This document shows positions 1-10,900 of a stretch of 64,000 bases of DNA, in pieces; position 1 is the stretch's first letter, and each line of letters begins with the position of its first letter. The stretch comes from an uncultured Actinomycetes bacterium (GTDB lineage: Bacteria; Actinomycetota; Acidimicrobiia; IMCC26256; PALSA-610). Below the pieces are notes generated by a model. It was not told where the DNA came from. It saw nothing but the letters and a program-made list of their open reading frames with translations, and made no database searches. Both the position numbers and the translations under genes were made by a program. The DNA is taken from positions 1,248,744 to 1,312,743 of the forward strand of contig CAVPBG010000002.1 in assembly GCA_963701825.1 (NCBI GenBank), read 5' to 3'.

Positions 1-480
1 GCGCCGGTTCTTCACGACAACCTCGGCGAGATGCTGCTTTGTGAGCCCGGCTTCGCGCAGGAGTCGTTGCGCGCGCAGCGCGAAGTACGCGGGCGTGGCG
101 GCCAGGCCGCCCTCCTCGCGCCACGGTTCGAAGAACGACGAGCGGATGATGCCCTTAGGCATCTTCTCGACGCCGAAGACGAGTGCACAGTCGTACTGGC
201 CGGCGCGGATGGCACCGGCCGCCAGCTGCAGCGCCGCGCCTCCGCTCGCGCAGCCCGCCTCGACGTCGACGATCGGCACTCCGGTGAGCGCCAGCGCGCC
301 GAGCACCTTGTGTCCCGACGCGACGCCGCCGTAGGCCGTCCCGCAGAACGCAGCCTGGAACGGCGGATTGCCCGCTTCGGCGAGCGCGGCACGCACCGCG
401 TGCACGCCCATGTCGGTCGGGGTCTTGCCCTCGAACCGGCCGAACGGGTGCAGCCCGGTGCCGGTTATGCGAACGCCCAC
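1..480 (-). CDS. Thiolase-like lipid-transfer (SCP-x/Ltp-type) protein, N-terminal part only; the gene runs off the left edge of the window
   Basis: The minus-strand frame from GTG at 478-480 reads VGVRITGTGLHPFGRFEGKTPTDMGVHAVRAALAEAGNPPFQAAFCGTAYGGVASGHKVLGALALTGVPIVDVEAGCASG, a thiolase N-domain with the active-site Cys context. It is absent from the ORF track because it has no stop inside the window. It overlaps the upstream DUF35 gene by 16 nt. Confidence 0.8.
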   Translation of the reverse strand, partial: MGVRITGTGLHPFGRFEGKTPTDMGVHAVRAALAEAGNPPFQAAFCGTAYGGVASGHKVLGALALTGVPIVDVEAGCASGGAALQLAAGAIRAGQYDCALVFGVEKMPKGIIRSSFFEPWREEGGLAATPAYFALRAQRLLREAGLTKQHLAEVVVKNRR

Positions 481-866
481 GTGACCACTCCGTCGGGCAA
501 CTCGTCGGCGACGAGCGTCATGGGCTGGCCGAACTCCAATTGTCCGGGATCGGACTCGCGCAGGCGGGTCACGATCCGAAGCTGTTCCTCGACCAACTCG
601 ACCACGCCGAATCCGAACGGCACCGGTCCGTTGTAACCGGGCGGCGCGGCCGTGACCGCGGTCCACGCCCACAATGTTGCGGCGCACAACAGCGCGACCC
701 GTTCCACGTCGGTCGCGCCCGAGTACGGGCAGGTGTCGAGCAGCGGGAAGTGATACTTCCCGCTGGTGGGGGAGTAACCCCCGATGAGCTCGATCCGGCC
801 GTCGGAGTCGGGCTCGAACAACCCGTCGTGGATCGGTCGCCAGTCGTGGGCCGCGGGCGCGCTCAC
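465..866 (-). CDS. DUF35-type OB-fold protein (partner subunit of thiolase/Ltp enzymes)
   Basis: 133-aa ORF of the size and composition of DUF35/OB-fold acyl-CoA-associated proteins. It is wedged between a CoA-transferase and a thiolase with overlapping stop/start codons. The same thiolase+DUF35 pairing recurs at 45280-46942. Confidence 0.7.
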   Translation of the reverse strand: MSAPAAHDWRPIHDGLFEPDSDGRIELIGGYSPTSGKYHFPLLDTCPYSGATDVERVALLCAATLWAWTAVTAAPPGYNGPVPFGFGVVELVEEQLRIVTRLRESDPGQLEFGQPMTLVADELPDGVVTWAFA

Positions 867-2047
867 ACGATGCCCTTGCTGCGCAGCGCGTCGATATCGG
901 CGGCGGAGAGGTCGAGGAGTTGCGAGAGCACTTCGTCGGTGTGCTCGCCGAGGCGGGGCGCGCCGGCCGGTGCGACCGGATCCTCGCCGACGTGGCGGGG
1001 ATACGGCGCCTGTTGGCGAATCGGTCCGATGACCGGATCATCGACGGTGACGAGGTCGTGCCGCGCCGCGAAGTGCGGGTCGGCGAAGATGTCGGCCGAC
1101 GTGTACGCCGTCGCAACCGGCACGTCGTGCGCAACGCACCGTTCCTCGATCACGCGCGCCTCGAGCGCGCGCGTCCAGTCGGCGACGATGCCGTTGATCG
1201 TGTCGCCGTTCGCGGCTCGGTCGGCGAGACGCGCGAACCGGGCGTCGTCGAGGAGGTCGAGCCGGTCCATGGCCTTGCAGAGCCGACCGAAGTTCGCGTC
1301 GGAGCCCGCGACGATGCACACGAACTTGTCGTCGGCGGTGGGGTAGTTGTCGAGCGGCGCGGAGTTGGCCAGCCGGTTGCCTTCGCGGCTCCGTACCGTT
1401 CCGAGCCGGTCGTACGCGGGGAGCGTCCACTCGAGGATGCGCAGCACCGAGCCGTACAACGCCGCGTCGATGACCGCGCCGCCTTTGCCGCGCGCATCGC
1501 GCGCGTACAGCGCCGCGACCGCGGCGTGCGCGGCGAACACGCCGGTGAGGTAGTCGGAGATGGTGACGCCGACGCGCACCGGCGGCCGATCGGGGTAGCC
1601 GGTGAGATGCAACAGGCCGCCGTACCCGATGCCGACGCGGTCGAGGCCGGGCCGCTCCGTGTACGGGCCGTCCTGGCCGAACATCGAGATGCGCACGGTT
1701 ACCAGTCGTTCCGCGAGCCGGGACGGGTCGATGTTCCACTGCTCGAGCGTGCCGGGTCGGAAGTTCTCGACCACCACGTCGGCGGTCGCCGCGAGCTTGC
1801 GGAAGACGTCCTGGCCGCCGGGTGTGCGCAGGTCGAGCGTGACGCTCTTGCGGCCGCGACCCTCGACCGCCCAGAACAGCGAATACCCGTCGACGAACGG
1901 CCCGATCTCGCGCATGAAATCGCCGCCGCGCGGTTGCTCGATCTTGATGACCTCCGCGCCCTGCTCGCCGAGCAGCCCGGCGCAGAACGGCGCCGCGATG
2001 CGCGTTCCGAGATCGAGGACGCGCACGCCCTCGAGCGCACCACTCAC
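863..2047 (-). CDS. Family III (CaiB/BaiF) CoA-transferase
   Basis: 394-aa ORF. The N-terminus GVRVLDLGTRIAAPFCAGLLGEQGAEVIKIEQPRGGD is the family III signature, and the mid-protein ISDYLTG carries the catalytic-Asp context. Confidence 0.9.
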   Translation of the reverse strand: MSGALEGVRVLDLGTRIAAPFCAGLLGEQGAEVIKIEQPRGGDFMREIGPFVDGYSLFWAVEGRGRKSVTLDLRTPGGQDVFRKLAATADVVVENFRPGTLEQWNIDPSRLAERLVTVRISMFGQDGPYTERPGLDRVGIGYGGLLHLTGYPDRPPVRVGVTISDYLTGVFAAHAAVAALYARDARGKGGAVIDAALYGSVLRILEWTLPAYDRLGTVRSREGNRLANSAPLDNYPTADDKFVCIVAGSDANFGRLCKAMDRLDLLDDARFARLADRAANGDTINGIVADWTRALEARVIEERCVAHDVPVATAYTSADIFADPHFAARHDLVTVDDPVIGPIRQQAPYPRHVGEDPVAPAGAPRLGEHTDEVLSQLLDLSAADIDALRSKGIV

Positions 2048-2060
2048 GAAAACGCCTCGG

Positions 2061-2900
2061 TCACGCTCGGCCTTGTTCCTTCTTGACCGCGTCCATGCCG
2101 CCCGACTTGCGGGTCTCCACCTTGGCGAGCGCGGTGGGTGTGTTCGAGACGAACTGATGCAGCATGAAGTGGTACTGCCACGACTCGCGTTGTCCCATGC
2201 CGTCGATCATGTGATTGATCGAAGCCTTGACGGCCTCCGCGGTCAGCGGCGGTACGAGCGCGACCTGCTCGGCCATGGCGCGCGTCTCGCGCTCCAGATC
2301 GGCGCGGGGTACGACGCGATTCACGAGGCCGTACTTCTCCGCCTCGACCGCGCTGAACTCCTGCGCGCAGAACAAGAACTCTTTCGCCTTGCGCGGTCCG
2401 AGCTCCCACGGTTCCACCAGTAACTCCACGCCGACGCCCGACATGCGCAGGACGGGGTTCGAGAACCGCGCGTCGTCGGCGGCGACGATGAGGTCGCACA
2501 TGCATGCGAGCATGAGACCTGCGGCCGAACACGTTCCCTGTACCGCCGCGATCGTCGGCTTGCGCAGGTCGCGGATCTTCACGAGCTTGTCGAAATACAT
2601 GACCTGCTCGTGGCGGAGCTTGCCTTCGGGCGTGCTGCGCATCGCCGACCAGTGTTCGTCGCCCGCGAGCAGCTCCTTGAGGTCGTGGCCGGCGGAGAAG
2701 TGCTTGCCCTCGGCCGCGAGCACGACAACCCGGACCGCGTCGTCGGCGTCGGCGCGGTCGAACGCCGCGTCGAGCTCGTCGATCATCTGACTGTTCTGGG
2801 CGTTGGCGGCGCGGGGCCGGTCGAGCGTGATGGTGGCGATCGGGCCGTCGACCGAATAGCGGATGGTCGCGGCGGCATCCGCGCTCGGGGAGGTGGTCAC
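2061..2900 (-). CDS. Enoyl-CoA hydratase/isomerase (crotonase family)
   Basis: The C-terminal 280 aa of the 447-aa ORF read as a crotonase (ITLDRPRAANAQN...VVVLAAEGKHFSAGHDLKE...PTIAAVQGTCSAAGLMLACMCDLIVAA). The Arg/Pro-rich N-terminal extension is discarded. Start set at the in-frame GTG at 2900 (VTTSPSADAAATIRYSVDG). Confidence 0.85.
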   Translation of the reverse strand: MTTSPSADAAATIRYSVDGPIATITLDRPRAANAQNSQMIDELDAAFDRADADDAVRVVVLAAEGKHFSAGHDLKELLAGDEHWSAMRSTPEGKLRHEQVMYFDKLVKIRDLRKPTIAAVQGTCSAAGLMLACMCDLIVAADDARFSNPVLRMSGVGVELLVEPWELGPRKAKEFLFCAQEFSAVEAEKYGLVNRVVPRADLERETRAMAEQVALVPPLTAEAVKASINHMIDGMGQRESWQYHFMLHQFVSNTPTALAKVETRKSGGMDAVKKEQGRA

Positions 2901-2974
2901 GCGCGAGGATCGTAGCGGCGCTACCCGATCGACCCGCTTACTCGTCCTAACTCGTCGACCCGTTCCCGCCGAGA

Positions 2975-3484
2975 ATGAAGGTGATGTCGATCCGGCCCCA
3001 GCCCGAATCCCCGGACGCCGCTCGTGCGGTGGGCGCGCTGCTCGCGCCGGTTGTGGCATGTTTGCGCGGCGACGACGAGGGCGTGCGGCTGTTGCTCGAC
3101 GACACCTGCGAGAGCGGAGCGGCCGCCGGCGCGATCCGGGCCGCGCCGGCAATCGTCCGCGTCTATCTGCGCCTCGCCCCGCCGCCCGACGGCGCGGACG
3201 AGATCGTCCGCGAGTTTCCCGATGCCGCGATCGAGCGCTTCGGCGACCCCGAGCTCGTGACGCTCGGTATCGAGTGCCTGCATGTGGCGCGCGTGCCCGA
3301 ACCGATCGAGAACATCGCCCGCGCCGTCTTCGTGGACGACGCGTTGACCCACGGCGATCTGCACGCACTCGAGGGTGCGGTCGCGTCGTGTTGGTGGTGT
3401 GCACTTCGGAGCGCGCGCCTGCGCGACGTCGACCCGATCACCGAGGCCGCGGCCATCTGCCGCTACGTCGCACGCGTCGCCTGA
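2975..3484 (+). CDS. Hypothetical protein
   Basis: 169-aa ORF with high third-position GC. The second ATG at 2984 is preceded by GAAGGTG. No recognisable motif. Confidence 0.45.
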   Translation: MKVMSIRPQPESPDAARAVGALLAPVVACLRGDDEGVRLLLDDTCESGAAAGAIRAAPAIVRVYLRLAPPPDGADEIVREFPDAAIERFGDPELVTLGIECLHVARVPEPIENIARAVFVDDALTHGDLHALEGAVASCWWCALRSARLRDVDPITEAAAICRYVARVA

Positions 3485-3495
3485 GCGACGCGCCG

Positions 3496-6400
3496 CTACG
3501 TGATCGTGATCGGAGCGTGTTGTTGGTCAGTGCCCCATCGTCGACTTGCAGGGTGTAACTCCCGGCTAGGTCGATCGAACATCCGATGAAGACGGCCACG
3601 CCGTTCACGGTCGCAACAGGAGTCGGACTTGTGCATGTGAGTGTGGCGTTTGCGGGAAGTGACGGCTGCGTGATCGTCAATGTCACGTTGGTCGAGCCGG
3701 CCGTCACGGTGTTCCCACCCGCATCCTCGACGGTTGCTACCGGCTGTTGCGCGAACGCAACGCCGTTGGCCGTCGTCGCGCTGGGCTGGGTCGTGAACAC
3801 GATCTGAGATGCCGCGCCGATGCCGATCGTCAAGGGGATGCTCGTAGCGGAGCTGGGATCCGGTCGTGACCGTGGCCAGCAATGTGTACGTGGTGGTGCT
3901 TGCCAAGTCGATTCGGCAGTTTGTAAATGTGGAAACGCCAGCTGTGGCGGTCAGCGGGTTCGTCGTACACGTCAGGGCGGCAGCGGTGGGGTCGGAAGGC
4001 CGAGTGATCGACAGCGTGATCGGGCTCGTGTTGGCCGTCACGGTGTTGCCGCCCGCGTCCTGCACCGCGACGCGCGGCTGCGTAGCGAAGTTCGTGCCGC
4101 CGGTGGAGCCGACGGGCTGACGGATGAAGCCGAGTTTGACGGGCGTACCGATCGTGATCGCGAAGGGCACGCTCGTCACCGCGGTCGGACCGGTGGTCAC
4201 GGTGGCGAGCAGTGTGTAGGTGGTTCCGCTCACGAGGTCGATGCTGCAACCGCTGAAGACGGCGATTCCGGCGGCCGGCGTCACCGGGTTCGTCGGGCAC
4301 GACAGGGCCGCGCCGACCGGGTTCGACGGTTGCGTGATGCTCAGTGTCACGGGGCTCGCGTTGCCGACGACAATGTTGCCGCCCGCGTCCTGCACCGCCA
4401 CGCGGGGTTGGATCGGGAAGGCGGTTCCCCCGGTCGAGGCGCTCGGTTGCACGGTGAAGCCGAGCTTCACTGCCGCGCCGATCGTGATCGTCAGCGGGTT
4501 GCTGGTCGCGGCGGTCGGGCCCGTCGTCACGGTGGCCAGCAACGTGTAGGTCGTGGTGCTGGCCAGGTCGATCGTGCAGGCCGCGAACGTCGCGGATCCC
4601 GACGTCGGGGTCACGGTGGTCGAGGTGCACGTGAGCACGGCGCCCACCGGTGCCGACGGCTGCGTGATCGCGACGGTGATCGGGCTCGCGTTGCCCGGCA
4701 CGGTGTTGCCACCCGCGTCTTGAATGGCGACGATCGGCTGCGTGGCGAACGCAGTGCCACCACTCGAGCCGACCGGCTGCTGCGTGAACCGCAGCTGGGT
4801 CGCGGCACCAACCGTGATCGCAAACGCACTGCTGATCCCGGTGGTCGGGCCCGCGGTGTACGTGGCGAGCAGGGTGTAGGTGGTCGTGCTCTGCAGATCG
4901 ACCGCGCAGCCCGCGTACACGGGAGTGAGACCGCCGGTCACGGTGCGGGTCGTGCTCGTGGTGCAGCTGAGCGCGGCACCGGCCGGGTCGGGTGCGTTGA
5001 GGGTGAGGGTGACGGAGCCGGTGTCGGCGCCGGAAACGGTGTTGCCGCCCGCGTCCTTGACTGCGACCTGCGGCTGGGTGGTGAACGCGGTACCGCCGGT
5101 CGAGGCGCTCGGCGAAGTCACGAACGTGAGGTGCGTCGCGGGGCCGATCCCGATGGTGACCGGCACGCTGGTACCGACGATGCCGCCCACGCTGTACGTG
5201 GCGAGCAGTGTGTAGGTGGTCGTGCTGGCCAGGTCGATCGCGCACGCGGCGAAGGTGGGCGTCAGCCCGGCCGTGACGCCGAGAGTCGTGTTGGTGCACG
5301 TGAGTGCAGCGCCGACGGGAGCGGACGGTTGCGTGATCGTCAACGTCACGGCGCCCGTGTTGGTGGAGACGGTGTTGCCGCCCGCGTCCTGCACGGCGAC
5401 GCGGGGCTGGGTCGGGAACGCGACTCCGCCCGTCGACCCGATGGGTTGCGTGACGAACCCGAGATGAGTGGCCGGACCGACCGCGATCGCGAACGCGGCA
5501 CTGGCCGCGTCGGTGAGTCCGGTCGTGACGGATGCGTGCAACTGATAGGTCGTCGTGCTCGCCCGATTGATCAGGCAACCCGCGAAGACTGCGATGCCGT
5601 TGATCGGCGTCACCGGGTTCGTCGTGCACGCCACCACGGCGCCGGCCGGATCGGTCGGCGTGACCATGTCGAGCGTGACCGGGCTGGCGTCACCGACGAC
5701 GACGTTGCCACCCGCGTCGAGGATGGCCACGTGCGGTTGCGTAGCGAAGGCGACGCCACCGGTCGACGCGCCGGGTTGCGTGACGAACGCGACATGGGTT
5801 GCGCCACCGACCGTAACGGTGAACGCGTTGCTCGACGCGCTGAACGGACCGACCGCGTGCAAGGTGTAGGTCGTGGTGCTCGCCCGGTCGATGCTGCAAC
5901 CGGCGAAGGTGGCGACCCCCTGGACGAGCGCCACCGTCGTCGAGGAGGTCGTGCACGTGAGCGCAGCTCCGACAGGATCCGACGGCTGACTGATCGACAG
6001 TACGACGTTGCCGGTTCCGGTCGTCACGGTGTTGTTCGCCGCGTCGAGCAGCGTCACGACCGGCTGCGTCGACAGGTTCACCGCGCCGGCGGCACCTCCG
6101 GGTTGCGTCGTGAACGCGATGTGGGTCGCAGCCGCGGCGCCGACGTTGAACGCGGCGCCGTCCGTGCCGAACGTTCCGTCACCGACGTGCAATCGATAGG
6201 TGCCGGCGAGGTCGATCTGACAACCCGGGAACGATGCCTGGCCGTTGACGTACGGCTCGTTGAGATCGGTACAGGTCAGGGCCGCCCCCGCGGGAGTCAC
6301 CGGCGTTGTCAGCCTCAGCGTCACGCTTCCGGTGTTGACGGTTGTGACCGTGTTGCCGACCCGGTCCTCGAGGAACACGGTAGGCGTGGTGCCGAACGTG

Positions 6401-7729
6401 ACGAAGCTGGTGGCATTGCCGGAGTTTGCCGCGAACGCGATGTGCGTCGGCGCGCCCGCGGAGTTCACGAACGCCGCGCTCACGGCCGACGTCAACGCGC
6501 CGTCGGTCGCCGTCAGCGTGTAGGTACCGGGGGAGTCGACGTTGCAGCCGGCGAACGTCGCGACTCCGGCCGCGGCCGACTTCGGGTTGGTCGTGCACAC
6601 GAACGTCTGTTGTCCGGCCGCGGTGATGTGCAGTGTCACTGCGCTGGTGTCGGTCGGAACCGTCGCGCCGGTCGCATCCTGCAACGTCACGACCGGCTGA
6701 CGCACGAACGCGTCGCCACCCGTCGACGTCGCGCTCGGCTGGGTGGTGAAGGCGAGCTTCGTCGCCGGAGAGGCGGGCGGAGTCGGCGGGGCCGGAGGAG
6801 CCGTCGGGATCACCGGTGCCGAGCCCGCGATGCCGACGACCGGCCGGCCGGCGCCGGACGTTCCCGAACCGAAGAAGTGTGCGTCGCCGAACGAGAACAC
6901 GCCGCCGTCGGCCGCGACGAACCAGTAACCCTTTCCGCTCGGAGTCGCGGTCATCGCCGCGATCGGCTCGTTGAGCGTGGTTCCGCCGGTCGATCCGTGG
7001 AAGCCCGCGTCGCCGAACACGAAGATCCCGCCGTCGGAGGCGACCATCCAGTAGCCGTGACCCGAAGGCGTCGACGCGATTCCGGTGATGGGCCGGTTGA
7101 GCGTGGTTCCGCCGGTCGATCCGTGGAACGCGGCGTCGCCGAACGCGAACACGCCACCGTCGGAGGCCACGAGCGTGTAGCCGTGACCGGAGCGGGTTGC
7201 GGTCATGCCCACGATCGGCTTGTTCAACGGAGTTGCGCCGGTGGAACCGTGGAACGCGGCGTCGCCGAACGAGAAGATCCCGCCGTCGGAGGCGACGAGC
7301 CAGTAGCCGCGGCCCGAAGGTGTCGCGGTCATGCCCACTATCGGCTTGTTCAATGTGATCGCGCCGGTGGAACCGAAGAACCGCGCGTCGCCGAACGAGA
7401 AGATGCCACCGTCGGAGGCGACGAGCCAGTAGCCGCGCCGCGACGCGGTGGCCGCGAGGCCGACGATCGGGACGTTGATCGGCGCACTCCCCGTCGAGCC
7501 GTGGAAGGCCGCGCCGCCACCGGCGAAGACGCCGCCGCCGGAGTCGACCGTCCAGTACCCCTCACCCGCTGCGCCCTGCGCGCGCACGGCCGGATGAAAC
7601 GCGACGCGCGCTCGAGCGCGCGGGCACGATCGCGGCGTGAGCCGCCATCGCCGAGGCCGCCGGTGCGAATCCGGCTACGGCCGCAAGCGCGGCGACGATC
7701 ACGACGAAGGTTCGACGTACTCGAGGCAT
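3496..7729 (-). pseudogene. Giant secreted repeat protein (signal peptide + 6 x 42-aa propeller-like repeats + 10 Ig-like modules), reading frame disrupted at three or more places
   Basis: The main frame (3496-7587) encodes six GYWLVASDGGIFSFGDAAFHGSTG..LNKPIVGM blades (about 6817-7563) and nine roughly 100-aa modules. A good signal peptide, MPRVRRTFVVIVAALAAVAGFAPAASA, starts at 7729 but lies in another frame and stops at 7562. The tenth module (about 3518-3858) is encoded in a third frame (ORF 3438-3833: IGIGAASQIVFTTQPSATTANGVAFAQQPVATVEDAGGNTV...LTCT...FIGCSIDLAGSYTL). The paralog at 7913-11638 is intact. Confidence 0.7.
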
Positions 7730-7912
7730 GCGGATCTTCCCGGTCGTCGAGCGCGCGCCGGTGCGGCGCGGGCGAGGATGCCTCGACACCTTGGTGGGGA
7801 CACCATCGCGGTTGCGTGACGGCGGCGCACGCGACGAGGCGCCCGCCGGTCGCCTGACGGGGCAACCGACGGACGCCGTCGTGGTGGGATTACCGATTGG
7901 ACGATTCGACGA

Positions 7913-10900
7913 TCAGACGACGGTCACCGTCGCACCGACCGTCAACGTGCCGTTGCCGGCCGTCAGCGTGTACGGCGCCGCCGGGCCCGTGATGTTGCAA
8001 CCGGTGAACGCGGCGACTCCGTTCGTCGCGACGAGCGTGTTGCCGGCCTGCGTGCAGGCGAGAACCCCGCCGGCCGAGAGCGTCAGCGTGATCGTGTTCG
8101 CGGTCGTGACGGTGTTGCCGGATGCGTCTTCGACCGTCACCGTCGGCATCGTGGTGAAGTTCGTGGTGCTGGGCTGGTTGTCGACCGGCACGACCGTGTA
8201 CACGAGCTGGGTCGCGGTTCCCGCGCCGAGTGCGATGTCGGTGCTGTCGCCGGTGACGGTGCCGTTGGTGGCGTGGATGTGGTAGGTCGCGGCCGTGCCG
8301 GTCAGTGTGCAACCGGTGAAGGTGGCGACGCCGTTGGTTGCGGCCATCGCGTTGCCGGCTTGATCGCAGACCAGGACTGCACCGGCGGGGGCTTCCGTCA
8401 GCGTGATGGTGTTGGCGGTTGTGACGATGTTGCCGGATGCGTCTTCGACCGTGACGGTCGGCGACGCGACGAGCGCCGTTCCGCTGGCCTCGGTATTGCT
8501 CGGTTGGGTGGTGAACAGCGCCTGGCTCGCCGTACCGGCGCCGAGGGCGATGTTCGTGCTGTCGGCGGTGAGGGTTCCGTTGGTTGCGTGCAGGTGATAG
8601 GTCGCGGCGGTTCCGGTCAGCGTGCAACCGGTGAACGCAGCCACACCGTTCGTCGCGATGAGTGCGTTGCCGGCTTGGTCACAACTCAGGACCGCGCCCG
8701 CAGGGGCTTGCGTCAGCGTGATGGTGTTGGCGGTCGTGACGGTGTTGCCCGATGCGTCTTCGACCGTGACGGTCGGCGACGTTCCGAGCGCGGTGCCGCT
8801 GGCCTCGGTGGTGCTCGGCTGGGTGGTGAAGAGCACCTGGGTGGCGGTACCGGCGCCCAGGGCGATGTTGGTGCTGTCGCCGGCGAGCGTGCCGTTGCCG
8901 GCGTGGAGGTGGTACGTGCCGGCCGTGCCGGTCAGCTTGCAACCGGTGAAGGTGGCGACGCCGTTGGTTGCGGCCATCGCGTTTCCGGCCTGGTCGCAGA
9001 CCAGAACCGCGCCGCCCGGCGCTTCGGTCAGCGTGATGGTGTTGGCGGTTGTGACGACGTTGCCGGATGCGTCTTCGACGGTGACCGTCGGCGACGTTCC
9101 GAGTGCCGTACCGCTGGCCTCGGTGGTGCTGGGTTGGGTGGTGAACAGCACCTGGCTGCCGAGACCGGCGCCGACGACGATGTTGGTGCTGTCGGCGGTG
9201 AGGGTGCCGTTGCCGGCGTGAAGGTGGTAGGTCGCGGCCGTGCCGGTCAGCGTGCAACCGGTGAAGGCGGCGACGCCGTTGGTGGCGACCAGCGCGTTGC
9301 CGGCTTGGTCACAAGTGAGGACCGCACCTGCGGGTGCGCTGGTCAGCGTGATGGTGTTGGCGGTGGTGACGATGTTGCCGGATGCATCTTCGACCGTGAC
9401 CGTCGGCTGTTGGCCGAGCGCGGTTCCGGTGGTTTCGATGCCGCTCGGCTGAGTGGTGAACAGCACCTGGGTCGCCGCACCGGCACCGAGCGCGATGTTC
9501 GTGCTGGTTCCGTTGACGGTGCCGTTGCTCGCGCCGAGTGCGTAGGTGGCGGCGGCGCCGGTGAGCTTGCAGCCGGTGAAGACGGCCACCCCGTTGGTTG
9601 CGGCCATCGCATTGCCGGCTTGATCACAGACCAGCGTTGCGCCGACCGGTGAGCGCGTCAACGTGATGGTGTTGGCGGTCGTCACCGTGTTGCCGCCCGA
9701 GTCTTCGACCGTGACCGTCGGCGATGCGACGAGTGCCGTACCGCTGGCCCCGGTGGCGCTGGGCTCGGTGGTGAACACGAGGTGCGTCGCCGCGCCGACC
9801 GCCAACGTGACGGCGGTGCTGGTTCCGGTGACGGTGCCGTTCGTGGCGCCGAGCGTGTAGCTGCCCGGCGTACCGGTGATCGTGCAACCGGTGAAGGCCG
9901 CGACACCCGTCGTCGTGAGTTTGGTGTTGCTGCCCGTGCAAGCGAGTGTGCCGAGTGAGGGCGACAACGTGATGCTGGTCCCGGTTGTGACGGTGTTGCC
10001 CGACACGTCCTCGACGGTGACCGTGGGCTGCTGGGCGATTGCGCTACCGCTGAGAGCAGTCGAGCTCGGCTCGACGGTGAACACCAGGTGCGTCGCGGCG
10101 CTGGCGCCGACGGCGATGCTGCTGCTGGTGCCGGTGACGGTTCCGTTGGTCGCGTGCAGCGTGTACGGGCCCGCAGTACCGGTCAGCTTGCATCCGGTGA
10201 AGGCGGAAACTCCGTTCGTTGCGAGCAACGCGTTGCCGGCCTGGTTGCAGACGAGGGTGGTTCCCGCGCCCACCGACAAGGTGATCGTCGTGGCTGCGGT
10301 AACGGTGTTGCCGCCCGCGTCTTCGACCGTCCCGGTCGGCTGGACTCCGAACGCGGTGCCGCTGACCGCGGTTGCGCTCGGCTCGGTGGAGAATGCAACC
10401 TGGCTCGCGGGACCGACCGTGATGGCGGCCGGAGTCGTGTCGGGCGTCAGCGAGCCCGACGTCGCGTCGAGCGTGTAGGTGCCGGCCTTGTTGATGCTGC
10501 AACCCGCGAAGGTCGCGACTCCGGCAACTGCGTTGACCGTGTTCGCGTCGCAGGTGAGCACCACGCCCGCCGGGGAACCGGCGATCGAGAGGGTGACGGG
10601 GTTGGTGGCCGTCGACGCCGTCGCGCCCTTCGAGTCGAGCAGGTGCACGACGGGCTGGGTGGCGAACGGAACGCCGCCGGTGGATGCGCTCGGTGCGGTG
10701 GTCACCACGAGGTGCGTGGCCGGGGGGATGGCCGGCGAGGAGCTGGCCATGCCGATGACGGAGAGGTCTGCGCCTTCGGTGCCCGAACCGTGGAAGACCG
10801 CGTCGCCGAAGGAGAAGACTCCGCCGTCGGCGGCGACGAACCAGTAGCCCTTGCCACTGGGTGTTGCGGCCATGCCGACGATCGGCTGGTTGAGGGTGAT

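Noticed and set aside
3856-3861. A BamHI site (GGATCC) exactly at one frameshift, and an EcoRI site (GAATTC, 26432-26437) exactly at the convergent stop codons, considered as possible cloning or engineering scars
   Set aside because: These are single hexamers with no vector-like or foreign sequence around them. The flanks are continuous native coding sequence, so chance occurrence is the simpler explanation.
3820-7857. 1345-aa ORF on the plus strand, plus the 599-aa ORF at 3830-5629, the 459-aa ORF at 8273-9652, the 316-aa ORF at 10088-11038 and many shorter ones overlapping the giant genes
   Set aside because: These are antisense or alternate-frame shadows of the repeat genes. Their translations are Arg/Gly/Asp/His-rich low-complexity strings with the same 315-nt periodicity and no motifs. 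Stop-codon-poor antisense frames are expected at about 70% GC.
3496-10730. Regular roughly 300-315-nt periodicity, considered as a possible CRISPR or other non-coding array
   Set aside because: The period is far too long and there are no unique spacers between short repeats. The units are in-frame protein modules with conserved Cys pairs and strong third-position GC.
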